The position numbers were made by a program, and so were the translations under genes. 64,000 nucleotides of DNA from Flaccisagitta enflata (lineage: Eukaryota). The notes beneath the pieces are model-generated. The model did not search any database and was not told where the DNA came from. It worked only from the letters and a program-made list of their open reading frames with translations. Of this stretch, positions 44,081 through 57,991 are shown piece by piece. The DNA lies in contig OZ231126.1 in NCBI GenBank assembly GCA_965153355.1, forward strand, positions 22,072,001-22,136,000, read 5' to 3'. Numbering within the stretch: position 1 is the stretch's first letter; the number at the start of each line of letters is the position of its first letter.

Positions 44081-46696
44081 ACTGTAACATAAGATGAGGA
44101 CATAGCGCAAAAACTGAAAGGGCTAGTCAAATTTTGAAAATAGTCTTTGAAAGATATGAGTTAGCAGATTTTTATGGGAAAACTCCAAGGATTTTTTCGT
44201 AGAATCTGATCCAATTAACACATCATGAACTGGTAGGTAATTTCTGCAAAAAAGGGTGATTTTATTATGACTAAAATGAACTGCCATCCTATAGATTAGG
44301 ACAGGGGTTCTGACACAGGTTTTGGCAGATCCTTCTTGTTAACGGCACTTTGGCCCAAAATCAATGTGGTATTAATGTTCTGCCTTCAAAAGTCGCATTG
44401 GTTATCAGGAAATTGTGACCGCCACCCCCCCCCACCCCCCCTCAGAAGGTGGTGACCTCTAAAGATTAAGCAATTCCCCTTCTTTTGCTTATAAATTCTA
44501 AATGGATCATTCAAAAAGCCTGGTAATGGTCTCATTTGAAAGGTTTTTAACGTGGAGAACATGAGGAATTACTGATATGAAAGAGGGGTCCCAAGGGGGG
44601 CCCTTAAGGGGCCCCTAAAGTGATAGAAGGGGCCCCTAAAGCATCTTATACATGAAAATGTGCAATGATTTGTTAAAAAAACTAGGTAAAGGTGTCATTT
44701 AAAATGTTTCTACCCATAGAATATGAAAAATTACTGATAAGGAAGAGGGGGCTCCAAAGGGGCCCCTAAAGAACCCCAGAGGTTAAAGGGGCCCTTGAAG
44801 GATCTATAACCATGAAAATGTAGATTGGACTCTTTGATAAATCTGATTGTGGTGTTTTTGGAAGTTATCTATGTGGAGAACATGAAATGTTATTGACATG
44901 GATGATGGGGTCCCTAGGTGACCCCTTAGGGCCCTTAAAGGGATTGAAGAGGACCCCAAAGGATCTAAAGTCTTGAAAATTTAAAATGAATTGTTCAAAA
45001 GATCTGGAAGTGGTCTCATTTAGATGGTATTTACATAAATAACATAAAAAGTTTCTGATATGGAAAATTTGGTTTCCAGGGGGCCCCTAAGGAGCCGCTA
45101 AGGAGTAAAAGAGGGCCCAAATGAATCAAAAATTATAAAAATCTTGAATTGTCTGAACTCCACACTCTGCACTTTCACTCTCTTGGTTTATCCACCCGTT
45201 TGTCTGTCTGTCTTTTTGTCCGTCTCTCTGTCTGTATACCTATCTGTTTGTTTATTTTGGTCTGTCTTTTAGAGAAAACTATGACAATTCAAGATTTTCA
45301 TGATTTTGGATTCATTGGGGCCCTCTTTTACTCCTTAGCGGCTCCTTAGGGGCCCCCTGGGAACCAAATTTTCCATATCAGTAACGTTTTATGTTTTTCA
45401 TGTAAATACCTTCCAAATGAGACCACTACCAGATTTTTTTGAACAATTTATTTTAAATATTCAAGACTTTAGATCCTTTGGGGTCCTCTTCAATCCTTTG
45501 GGGGCCCTAAGCGGCCACCTAGGTACCCCATCATCCATGTCAATAACATTTCATGTTCTCCACGGAGATACCTTCAAAAAACACCACAATCAGATTTATC
45601 AAAGAGTCCAATCTACATTTTCATGGTTATAGATCCTTCAAGGGCCCCTTTAATCTCTTTGGGTTTTTTTAGGGGCCCCTTTAGAGCCCCCTCTTCCATA
45701 TCAGTAATTTTTCATATTCTATGGGTAGAAACGTTTTAAATGACACCATTACCTAGTTTTTTTTTAACAAATCATTGCACATTTTCATGTATTGGATATT
45801 GATGCTTTGGGGGCCTCTTCAATCACTTTAGGGGCCCCTTAAGGGCCCCCCTTGGGACCCCTCTTTCATATCAGTAATCCCTCATGTTCTCCACGTAAAA
45901 ACCTTTCAAATGAGACCATTACCAGGCTTTTTGAATGATCCATTTAGAATTTATAAGCAAAAGAAGGGGAATTGCCTAATCTTTAGAGGTCACCACCTTC
46001 TGAGGGGGGTAGGGGGGGTGGCGGTCACAATTTCCTGATAACCAATGCGACTTTTGAAGGCAGAACATTAATACTACATTGATTTTGAGCCAAAGTGCCG
46101 TTAACAAGAAGGATCTGCCAAAATCTGTGTCAGAACCCCTGTCCTACTATAGATCGCTCTAATTTCTAAACGGTTAGAGCTACTGATCCCAGATTGGTCT
46201 CAAATGAAAGATACTTTGATGTAGTTTGATGTAGAAAAATGAGGAAAAGTTATTTTTGAAGAGTTATCACGCAAAGCATAAATGATATTGTCTTTTCAGG
46301 AAAAATTTTATGCAGAATTGACTTTCAGTTCACCAAATACAATCAAGACTCAAATTAAGCAAATCAATTAAGCTTTTCTCAGAAACTTCCTTAAAAAATC
46401 TTTCATTTGAGACCAATCTGGAATCTGTAGCTCAATCCGTTGAAGAATGAGAGCAATTTAAAGAAAAACAGTTCAGTCAACATCTCTACAATTTTTTCAC
46501 CTTTTTTCACTTTGCATATTTTGATCTCAAGTTAAAAAGGCACAAGAGGGTCAAATGTTTTCCAGAAAATCCTTGAAATTTTCCAGCAATAATCTGCAAA
46601 CTCATATTTTCCAAGAGCCTCTTTCAAAATTTTGCTAGCCCTTCTAGTTTTTGCACCATGCCCTCATCTTATGTTACAGTTCAGAACAATCATACT
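44081..46696. mobile_element. Tc1/mariner-type MITE (same family as 62571-63346), one TIR truncated, interrupted by the palindromic element
   Basis: ACTGTAACATAAGATGAGGACATAGCGC … CCTCATCTTATGTTACAGTTCAGAACAATCATACTG|TA. The internal sequence is the reverse complement of the 62571 copy. Confidence 0.85.
44297..46146. mobile_element. 1.85-kb foldback/palindromic hAT-type element with ~860-bp arms
   Basis: TAGGACAGGGGTTCTGACACAG … CTGTGTCAGAACCCCTGTCCTA. 8-bp TSD CTATAGAT (44289-44296, 46147-46154). Arms ~44297-45153 and ~45283-46146. Confidence 0.9.
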
Positions 46697-47214
46697 GTAG
46701 CTTCAGGGAAGCATTTGATGAGCAGTTTCAACCTGCCTAAGGCTCCATTTAAGTACTAAAATGTCTTTAGCTCAAACCAAAATCAAACTTCATAAAAGGA
46801 AAGTGTCTCAGAGCTCTTCACATCAATACATACAGATTTCCTTCAAAATTTGAATTGCAGCTTCAGAGAAGCAGTTGACGAGCTATTCCAGCATACCTAC
46901 AACCAGAATGTGGGATGAAATGCTCAATGAATGTATTTGTTATGTACGATTGGCATACATGGCTTAATTAATCAACCATCTTATCAACACCTAATAAAAC
47001 AAAAACCGATGCGCCCATTGAGTCAGATTCTCAACACCTCCACAACTTAGGTGAAAGGCATGTGGAAGGCAAATTCCTTGGCAGATTTTTTTGCCAATAT
47101 TTAATCGGAACACTCCATGCAACCACTGACCACAGGGAACTGTTTCCAGAGGAGGGCAGGCTTGTATTTTTATTACCCGATGGGATACAAACTGTGCTCA
47201 ACGTAGCTGAATAT

Positions 47215-47320
47215 CTTAGTGAATGAAATGAATTTTTGTGACTGAAATTAATTTTAGTCAATGAAATGAGCGAAATGAGTTTTCAATTGATTTCAAACAT
47301 TTTCAGCCAATGAAATGAAA

Positions 47321-47367
<47 letters not shown>

Positions 47368-48210
47368 CGAATGAATGAATGTATGAATGAATGAATGAAT
47401 GAATGAATGAATAAATGAATGTTTGAATGAATGAAATGAATTTTAGTGAATGACCTCACGTAGCTGATTAATTTAGTCAATGAAATGAATTTTAGTGAAT
47501 GAAATGTATTTCAGTGAATGAAATAAATGAATGAATGAATGAATGAACAAATGAATAAATGAATGAACAAATGAATAAATGAATGAATGAACAAATGAAT
47601 GAATGAATGAACGAATGAATGAACAAATGAATGAACAAATAAATGAATGAATGGAATGAATGAATGAATGGATGAAATGAATGATGAAATGAATGATTGA
47701 ATGAAATGAATGAAATAAATGAATGAATGAAATAAATGAATGAATGAAATAAATGAATGAAATGAATGAATGAATGAATGAAATGAATGAATGATTTGAA
47801 TGAATGAATGAAATGAATGAATGAATGAATGAAAGGAATGAATGAATGAAAGGAATGAATGAATGAAAGGAATGAATGAATGGAATGAATGAATAAATGA
47901 AATGAAATGATTGAATGGAATGAATGAATGAATGGAATGAATGAAGGAATGGAATGGAATGAATGAATGGAATGAATGAATGGAATGAAGGAATGGGATG
48001 AATGGAATGAAGGAATGGGATGAATGAATGAAGGAATGAATGGAATGAAATGAATGAATGAATGAATGAAATGAATGAATTTAATGAATGAATGAATGAA
48101 TGAATTGAGTGAATGAAATTAATGAATGAAATGAATTTTAGTGATTGAAATGAATTTTAGTGATTGAAATGAACGAAATGAGTTTTTAATTGATTTCAAA
48201 CATTTTCAGC
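47215..48210. repeat. (GAAT/GAAAT)n satellite flanked by ~48-bp direct repeats
   Basis: GAAATGAGTTTT(C/T)AATTGATTTCAAACATTTTCAGC at ~47272-47307 and ~48175-48210. Confidence 0.85.
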
Positions 48211-48697
48211 GAGTTTTCATTCCAGCGTGACCAACGGATGGATAGACCGACAGAACCTCTTATAGAGGTGCTCATCTGGGAATCACCCTAGCATATTTCT
48301 GAATCATTTCTAGTGATTTTAGCTTCTTTTCGAGATTTTCAACTCGAGCGTGACCGACCGACCAACCAACCGACAGACAGAGCTAGTTATAGAGGTGCTA
48401 TGGCGCACCTAAAAAGGTCGAGTTGAAGAGGAAGAAGAAAACGAGCCATCTGATCAGTGGGCCAATGTAACTACCGATGACGAAAATCTGATGACGGATG
48501 GACGTGGGCGGCCAAAAAGTGTTACGGATGATGAATCGGCGCTCAAAAGGCAGGAACGAAACAAACGTTACTACAAAAGCAAGAAGACTCGAATCTTGAA
48601 AGTGAAATTACCACTGGTGAGTAATGCGACATTTTTTATTCAGAAAAAAACCTCCTTAATAAGAACCTCAAGGCTGCAGAAAACAGTCGTTCCTTTA

Positions 48698-50750
48698 AAC
48701 AACCTATAAGTCGCGTGCAGGACAAAAATAACTGAACTGACCTGACTTCTTATTGTATATTTTTATCGAAAATAAGACTTAAACGCAACCCAAAACACCC
48801 AAACCAGACTCAAACGAGACTCAAACCAGAATTAAACCAGACCGGACCAGACCTAAATCAGACATAAACTAGACATAAACCAGACATAAACCAGATTTAA
48901 GCCAGACTCAAACCAGACTCAATCCAGACTCAAACCAGAATCAAACCAGACTCAAACCAGACTCAAACCAGACTCAAACCAGACTTAAACCAGACTTAAA
49001 CCAGGCTCAAACCAGGCTCAAACCAGAATCAAACCAAAATCAAACCAGACTCAAACCAGACTCAAACCAGACTCAAACCAGAATTAAACCAAACCAAAAC
49101 CAGACCAAAACCAGACCAAAAACAGACAAAAACCAGACCTAAATCAGACCTAAATCAAACATAAACCAGATAAAAACCAGACATACACCAGACCTAAACC
49201 AGACCTAACCCAGACCTAAACCAGACATAAATCAGACATGAACCAGTCTTAAACCAGACTTAAACCAGACTTAAACCAGACGTAAACCAGGCTTAAACCA
49301 GACTTAAACCAGACTTTAACCAGACTTAAACCATACTTAAACCAGACTTAAACCAGACTTAAACCAGACTTAAACCAGACTTAAACCAGACTTAAACCAT
49401 ACTTATCTTTAATATCATTCTAACTAGCAGACTTAAACCATTAGACCAGCAGACTTAAACCATTATTTTTAAACCAGCAGACTTAAACCAGCAGATTTAA
49501 ACCAGCAGACTTTAACCAGCAGACTTAACCCATTAGATTTAAACCAGCAGACTTAAACCAGCAGATTTAAACCAGCAGATTTAAACCAGCAGACTTTAAC
49601 CATCAGACTTCACCCAGCAGACTTTAACCAGCAGACTTCAACCAGCAGACATTAACTAGCAGACTTTAACCAGCAGACTTTGACCAAAAATTACCAAAAA
49701 TGACCAAAATGACCAAAATGACCAAAAATGACCAAAAATGACCAAAAATGACCAAAAATGATCAAAATGACCTAAAATGACCAAAAATGATCAAAAATGA
49801 CCAAAAATGACCAAAATGACCAAAATGACCAAAAATGACTAAGATAACAAAAATGACCAAAAATGACCAAATGACAAAAATGTGGCCAAAATGACCAAAA
49901 TGACCAAAATAACCAAAGAAGACCAAAGATGACCAAAATCACCAAAATGACCAAATGACCAAAATGACCAAAATGACCAAAATGACCAAAAATGACCAAA
50001 ATGACCAAAATGATAAACAAGTCATCCAGATTGCACATGGTCATGGCTCGATGCCTGCTTGGAGTGATTAGCTGAAGAAGTGGGAGGAGAGTAGGCAGCG
50101 GCCCCAAAGGGCCAGTGTCCCAGGGACATGTGGGTGAACTGCCATGTCTGTGCTATATTATTCAATGAGAATTTGAGGTCTGAGAGGTTGGGAATGGGGC
50201 CCAAGAGGTTGGATTTGAGGCCCAAGAGGCTGGATTTGAGGGCCCAAGAGGCTGGATTTGAGGCTAGAGGTTGGATTTAAGGCCTGAGAGGTTGGATTTG
50301 AGGCCTGAGAGGCCAGGATTGAGGCCTGAGAGGTTTGATTTGAGGCCTTGAGAGGACAGGATTTGAGGCCTGAAAGATTTGAGGCCTGAGAGGCTTGAGA
50401 AGCTTCGAAAGGAATGACGCATTTACGCACGGTTCACCCTGTGTCTCATAGTGACATCGGCCTGGGGCCGCTGCCCAAAAACGACCAAAAATGATCAAAA
50501 ATAACCAAAATGACCAAAAATGACCAAAAATGACCAAAAATGACCAAAATGACCAAAATGACCAAAAATGACCAAAAATAACCAAAAATGACTAAAAGCA
50601 ACCAATAATTCCCAAAAACAACAAAAAAATGACTCAAAATAACTCCAGACGACCCAAAAAGACGAAAAAAGCAAAGTGTTACGGACCGACAGACGGACGG
50701 ACCGACCGACAGACGGAGCGGGTTGTAGAGTCGCGTACACGCGACTAAAA
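48698..50750 (-). mobile_element. Expanded HINE-A-like element with three internal satellites and a nested HINE-B-like copy (~50020-50480)
   Basis: Ends AACAACCTATAAGTCGCGTGC and AGTCGCGTACACGCGACTAAAA. Arrays (AAACCAGACT)n, (AACCAGCAGACTTT)n and (AAAATGACC)n; the last resumes after the nested element. Confidence 0.7.
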
Positions 50751-51014
50751 CCCTTGGAGAAACAGTGAATTTTGAAAATATGAATGGTGGTTATGATAAA
50801 TTATCTTTTTTGCATTTAAAACCAGAGTATTGAACAGTCAGAAAAAGAAGTTCTTAAATAAATTTGACTCCGATGGACGGACAGATGGATGGATGGACAG
50901 ATAGACAGATGGATGGACGGATGGACGGGAGGAGGAACAAACAATTGGATGGACACAGCCTCTTACAGAGTTGAGGAAACCTAGTTACAAGTTGCATAGA
51001 TAAGCCCAAGACAA

Positions 51015-53330
51015 GTATTCAGAAAATTTCTCATCCTTTTAAGGTTTGGTACGTCGGTTCAGTGGTTGGTAACTTGAATTACGAGAGGCTATAGGATTTA
51101 GATTGTCCAAATTCTTATTGATTTAGTCATTCTATAGAGGGAGCATTGCATCGGGGGAAAAGTAGAAAAAGAGGAAGAGGGAGAGGGAGCGAAAGTTTGA
51201 CTCTGATAGAACATTCCCTCAAAATGATTGATTGAAAAGACACTTTAAATCTCTTGTTAGTTTCACTGGCCCTTTATGCATGGCTGTTTCACTTTGGTGA
51301 GCTGCATAATACTTACCTCCATGAGCACAGTGTGAACCAGGCCAATGAAATCACTATAAAATGGTTACACTATCAAGAATTTATCGTTTTTTAACCTTGA
51401 ATGAATTATTCCTCTACATATACTCTACAACCCGCTTTGTCTGTCGGTTGGTCGGTTGGTTGGTCGGTTGGGCGGTCACACTTTACTTTTTTTTATGATT
51501 TTATTCCTTTGACCTCACTGCTCCTGCCCAAATGGTCTGGGGACCTCAATTATGGCCCCTGCCCACCCGCACGCGAGTTCGGTAGCCGTGTATCCGGCCT
51601 TGTTTTTTGCACATCCTGTTAGTATCCTCAGGCCAAACTATCAAACCATTGATAATATTTTTAATTGCGGACTTGCTATTCTTTAAGAGGCTTTGTCCAT
51701 CCATTTGACTGTCCATCCGTCCATGCATTGGTCTGTCCGTCTGTCCATTGGCAATAATATTGTGCCTTGTTTGCTAAATGATTGCAATTTGTCAAATTCA
51801 AACTATGCCATATATGCTCAAAGTCTATGTAACTAACAAGATATGGATTAACTAGGCGGGATACTGGACCAATAAGTTGTTGCTTGCAGGTGGGCAGGGG
51901 TAGTAATTTGAGTGCAGGTGGACAGGGGCGATACTGCACAGAAAAAAAATTTTTTGCTAGATTTGCGTCACCCAAAATTTCACATTACCTACCTACGGAC
52001 CTACCTTCCAATGGACACACCCTCTTACAGAGTCGTCTAGCAGACTACTAAAAAACAAAATTTTTATGGATGAACAAAAAACTGGTACAGTGGAGCGCCA
52101 CTAGAGCGCATCTGCCAAACAGGCATGCCTGCCTATATGGCATAAAACTTGTTGCCCTGTAAGAGATTTTGTAGTTATTTCTAAATTGACAATAAGTCAG
52201 CTTCACTGTAAGGCATGAATAAGCCAAGTCCCTTGGAATGCGCTCTATTGAAGCTCAACTGAGGAGTGATAATCATTTCTCCAAATTTTACTTGGACACT
52301 TTCCTTGTTTGTCCTAAATGTGTAGATTTTATCAATCATACAGCAACAATTAACACCCCTGACAAAATTCATCTATTTGAGCATGACTTAGTGATTTGAA
52401 TGGTACTTTGAGACATGTTCACACAGAATGGGGGAATTTCCGTACGTGTTCAGCAAAAACCACCAAATACACTAAAACGTAAACCTATTCAAGTCGTTAT
52501 ATCGCCATTTTCTGATAAAAGAAAAGGTTTTGTCAGTTTTCAGGGCTTCCCCCGTCCTTGTCCTTGGCCTCGAGCTCTCAAAATCATCAAAAAAAAAAAA
52601 AAGAGTTTCAAGCATTCAAAATTCAAAGGGAAAATCAAGAACAATTCTTTTCGCCATATCGGACTTCTCACCCTTCTACCAGTGTAAAATCCCTCTTTGT
52701 TGCTCTATAATGTCAAAATATGATATTTCTACTATCTCTATGTCAAATCTTGTAGCTCTACCGGCTACCGAACTCGCGTGCGGGTGGGCAGGGGCCATAA
52801 TTGAGGTCGCCAGACCATTTGGGCAGGAGCAGTGAGGTCAAAGAAATAAAATCATAAAAAAAAGTAAAGTGTGACCGCCCAACCGACCAACCGACCGACC
52901 AACCAACAGACAAAGCGGGTTGTAGAGTATATGTAGAGGAATAATTCATTCAAGGTTAAAAAACGATAAATTCTTGATAGTGTAACCATTTTATAGTGAT
53001 TTCATTGGCCTGGTTCACACTGTGCTCATGGAGGTAAGTATTATGCAGCTCACCAAAGTGAAACAGCCATGCATAAAGGGCCAGTGAAACTAACAAGAGA
53101 TTTAAAGTGTCTTTTCAATCAATCATTTTGAAGGAATGTTCTATCAGAGTCAAACTTTCGCTCCCTCTCCCTCTTCCTCTTTTTCTACTTTTCCCCCGAT
53201 GCAATGCTCCCTCTATAGAATGACTAAATCAATAAGAATTTGGACAATCTAAATCCTATAGCCTCTCGTAATTCAAGTTACCAACCACTGAACCGACGTA
53301 CCAAACCTTAAAAGGATGAGAAATTTTCTG

Positions 53331-53335
<5 letters not shown>
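51015..53335. repeat. 574-bp inverted duplication (51015-51588 / 52762-53335), spacer ~1.17 kb
   Basis: Arms are reverse complements with only scattered substitutions. The ORF track shows near-identical peptides on opposite strands (51401+, 52758-). Confidence 0.93.
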
Positions 53336-53389
<54 letters not shown>

Positions 53390-53866
53390 TTTGCTCTTTG
53401 AAGCACCAGGATGTAAAAAGTATTTTTGATGTCGCATGCTACACGACTTAATGCCCCGCTTTGTCTGTCTGTTGGTTAATTGGCTGGTCAGTTGGTCAGT
53501 TGGTCAGTTGGTCGGTCAGATGGTCGGTCATAAAAGATTGTCAATGTCTGTTGAACTCATTTTTGTTTTTATTTAGGGCCCATAGTTGAGATCGATGAAA
53601 AATATCAATCTTTAGCAACAAGGCCGGATACACGGCAATACAGTCGCGGATGGTTGGGCAGGAGCAGTAATGCAAAACCGCTTGAATTCAAAATGTGACG
53701 TACCAATTCCTTTCTTCTGACCGACCAACACGGTAAGTTCTAGAGCTGGTGTCCGCGACTAAAATGTGGAAAATGTGGAAAATAAAAAAGATAAAAAAAT
53801 TCATAGCGTCTATAAAGTATTGGTCCGACAGTGCCCAAAGTTTTTCTCCAGTTGTAAAAGTGCTCC

Positions 53867-54374
53867 TTTGGGCAGAGGCCCCAAAGGGCTGATGTCCCGT
53901 AGAACACAGGGGGGAATTTCCAGACATCCGTCCTTCCGTCCGTCCTTCCGTCCCCCCCCCCCCGTTGGCCATCAAGACCTCAAATTTGCCCTCAATTTAG
54001 CCTTCCAGGCTTAAAATCAGCCCCCTCAGACTCAAATCTGACCTCCACACCTCAAATCTGCCCTCCAGAACTTCAATTAGCCTCTAAAGCATCAAACCAG
54101 CCCTCTCTGGCACAAATTTGCCCTCAAAACCTCAAATCTGCTCTCCAAGCCTTAATTCTGCCCTCCAGCCTTCAAATATGTCTTCAGTGGCCTAAATTAG
54201 TCATCTAAGGCCTGAAATATGCCCCCTCAGGACGTCTGGAAATTCCCCCCTGTGTTCTACAGGACATCGGCCCTTTGGGGCCGCTGCCCTGCTCTCAATC
54301 CACTTCATCACTGAATCACTCCCAGCAGGTCATCGGGTACCGCTGACCATGTGCGATCCTTGGATGACTAGTTT
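53867..54374 (+). mobile_element. HINE family B-related element
   Basis: TTTGGGCAGAGGCCCCAAAGGG…TAGAACACAGGGGGAATTTCCAGAC, with an inverted copy at 54230-54292, degenerate 21-bp repeats and a CGCTGACCATGTG tail. Confidence 0.65.
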
Positions 54375-54764
54375 ACCCTGTACCAATTTCAACCCCATCC
54401 CGGGGCGAGCCTAGTTCAGACTCAACTTCCTCAAATTGGCTCAAATTAGCTCAAACAAAAAAGGGAAACATTAATTAAGCCTGGGACTCAAAAAATCGAA
54501 AAACGTTTTTCGATTTTTTGCCCAATAAAGAGAGAAGTGTCGACACTGTCAGTGAATGTGAAACGGACAAACAGAGGAAATTAGGAAGAAAAAAGCAGCA
54601 AAAGGGACTGCGATCCAAAGAGAGGTAAAGAGAAGCAGAAAGCCTGAAGCAGTAAGCAGTAAGCAAGGAAGAGAGAGTGAGGGATTGATAGCAAGGCAGA
54701 GAGACAGAGAGACAGAGAGACAGAGAGACAGAGAGACAGAGAGACATAGATACAGAAAGACAGG

Positions 54765-54816
<52 letters not shown>

Positions 54817-57800
54817 CAGACAAAAACAAAGACTGACAGATAGACAGGCCGACAGACAGATAGATAGAGAGATAGATAGAAAGCCTATCAGAAATACTAA
54901 CAGACAACCAAAAATAGATTTTTGGGGGAATGAAAAAGAAAAAAAAAGGCAATGAGTGGCGTTTTTTCCCCTGTGCGCGTTTTCGTCTCTCTTTTCTCCC
55001 ACTCGGCTTCTCTGAGGTAATTGGAACCAAGAGAATTTACGAGAATTTCTGCATTTTTATTGAGGCTTGTGTGCCATCAGTGGGGAAATGATGTCTGAAC
55101 CAACGCCGTTCGTTTTTCTCTCTCTTCTCGGATAACGACTTTCGAACCTCTTTCTCGACGTTTTCTCACTTTTTAGTTGCATGCTACGTGACTCTACACC
55201 CCGCTTGGTCTGTCTGTCGGTTGCTTGGTCGGTCGGTCATACTTTATACTTATTTACTTATTATTACTTATTATTACTTATTATTTTTTATTATTTACTT
55301 TCACAGCGTTTTTGGGCGATTTTACTTTTTACTTCACTGCACTCTTACCCAAAAACCTGGTTAACCTTTTTTGTCACCGCCGCTGCCCATCCGCTCGCCG
55401 TGTATCTGGCCTTGTTTTGTTTTTAACGCGAGGTTATCGGTTTCTATGAGATGATGGTGATTTGGTTTATCAGGAAAAGTCAGTCACACTCATAGTTGAT
55501 AGAAAGGACTGTGTTCCGAATGCGCATCACATTCACATACGATTTCAACATTACTTTTCGGTTGTGTTCATCTTGAATCTGAAGTGTAACATTAAATGCA
55601 GTAGCTGCTTCAAACCTTTCCGCAAATAACAGCCGTAACTAGTTCCTTCGGAACATCATTATGATCATAGCTTCTGGATAAATTCAAATCGAGTAGTACA
55701 CGTGAGCAAGACGTATTTGGTATGCATAGGTATGAGTGCGTGATCATGAAAATAAAGTAAACAATCTAAAGACATCGTTGCATTGTTCAATCGTGAACCA
55801 TCAACATTATTCATCTGTGCACCACCACCTGACACTCAACCATCGCGACACCATAAAAATCAACCATTACTGGACAATCATATCAACATCCACCAACCGC
55901 ATCATCAACCCTAAGACTCTTGTCTTTTATCGCTCAGCCTCCACCACATAAGGTGATACATTATATATTTCTTTTCTTTCTTTCGTTTCCTTTTCCTTTC
56001 CCATTTCATTTTTTCTTTATGAGGCAACGACGAGATTTGCCTTTTTATCTCGTGATGTAATGCCGCGCGGGCGTCAGCAGATGGCGTATACTGGTGCGCC
56101 CCCGGTACCGCTTCTAACCCATTTGTATTACTGGTACCATCATCGCGGCTACGTTTATCTTTTGTTCTCGCCATTTGTTGTTCTTTTTTCATCATTCCTC
56201 ATCTTTTTTTTTTCTTTTTTTTTTTTTTTGTATTCTGTATGGGACAAATACGGTATTTTATTCTTTGCCTTTGTGTTTGTAAGGAAGAGAAAAAAGTCAG
56301 ATCCGGGCCACTGTGCTGTGCTGTGCTGCGTTTTAGAATTGCAGACGCCCGCAATACAGTAGATCTTCCCATACAAATAAACTTATCCCGCCTCACGGAC
56401 TAACCAGCCTGGATTCATCTACGCGGTAGATTGGATGTTTCCTTTTTGCTCCACATTAACCGCCAACGACCGTCATCATCCTTTCTCTCCTCTTCGCTGA
56501 AGAGCCCCTCGTTCATCCTATTCATCCCATATATTGTTTTTGTCTCACATTTCGTTGGCACATTCCGCACGCGAGGCGGTGCGACGAGTCTACAGACTTG
56601 GCGCTATGGGATGAGATTGGCAAATATGAACCATGTGAATTGATGTGACAAGTCTATAGAATTGGCACTTTGGGATGAGAATGACAGACAAGGGGCACGA
56701 GAGACAGCACAATGAGTCTACACACTTGGCACCAAGGGATGAGAATGGTGAAATGATCTGACAAGTCTATAGAATGGCACTGTGGGATGAAAATGACAGC
56801 CAAGGGGCACAAGAGACAGCACATTGAGTCTAAACACTTGGCACCAAGGGATGAGAGTTGCAAGTATCAAGCATGATCAAGCATCTGGGCTGCTGCAATG
56901 GATCTGCAGAGTTGGCAGTAAGGGAAGAGAAGGAAAGGTATGCAATGTAGTGCAACAACTTGGCGTCAACAAGTCTCCTGACTTGGTACTTGGGCGTAAA
57001 AATGGCAAGTACAGAGCATGTGAGGCATTCGACCATGTGATGATCACATCACTTGTCTTATTATCTGCAGTAACATTTCATCACGTTTGAAATCCAATCC
57101 AATGTGCTTCCCCTTCCCCTCCCCCTTCTATCTCTTTCTCTATTTCTCTCATCGTTTTCGTTATGGCGGGGTTTCGCGGCGTTTGTGCCAGGCTGAGGCG
57201 CATAAGCGAGAGATATATTCGATGATAAAGAGGAGATTCTAGTCTGGATAATGGCTCACTTCAGGGTTGTTGGCTCGAGAGATATGACCAACGCGTTGTT
57301 GCCTCTTTCCAAGCTGAGAGGGTGACCAAAGCCAAGGACGAACGAACTTTGTCAAATATACTCAACGGCCATCTTCAGAAGAAAATTACATGGTAAACGT
57401 ATTGGTCAATCTGACACTGTCTCTAAGAACTTTTTTTTCGATCTTGGAAATCATGATTTTTAGTCGCGTGCTACGCGACTCTTCACCCCGCTTTGTCGGT
57501 CCTTTGGTCCGTTGGTCCGTCCGTCGGTCCGTCCATCACACTTTACTTTCTTTGGGTTTTTGCGGTCTCTGGCCTCACTGCTCCTGCCCAAATGATGCAT
57601 TGACCTTAATTACGACCCCTGCCCACCCGCATGCGACTGGGGTAGCCTATCTGGCCTTATTTTTAATCGCAGGAATGTGGTTGTAATAATTGCTAATTTT
57701 TGTATGTTGATTGGTGTGACACGTCCGTCCATTCGTTCGTCTGTTATGGCTTTAGGTGTCTGTGCGTCACTTCCTCAATCCAATGGGGCCAGACATCCAA

Positions 57801-57867
57801 GGGCAGCAATATCCGTTGCCCTGCTTTGCATGAGTGTGTTTTGAATTGATGGGACTTTATTGATAGG

Positions 57868-57991
<124 letters not shown>

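Noticed and set aside
55911..56195. Candidate upstream Hox exon (…AHQYTPSADARAALHHEIKR…)
   Set aside because: Correct strand and GC-richer, but no convincing phase-1 donor and no recognisable Hox N-terminal motif.
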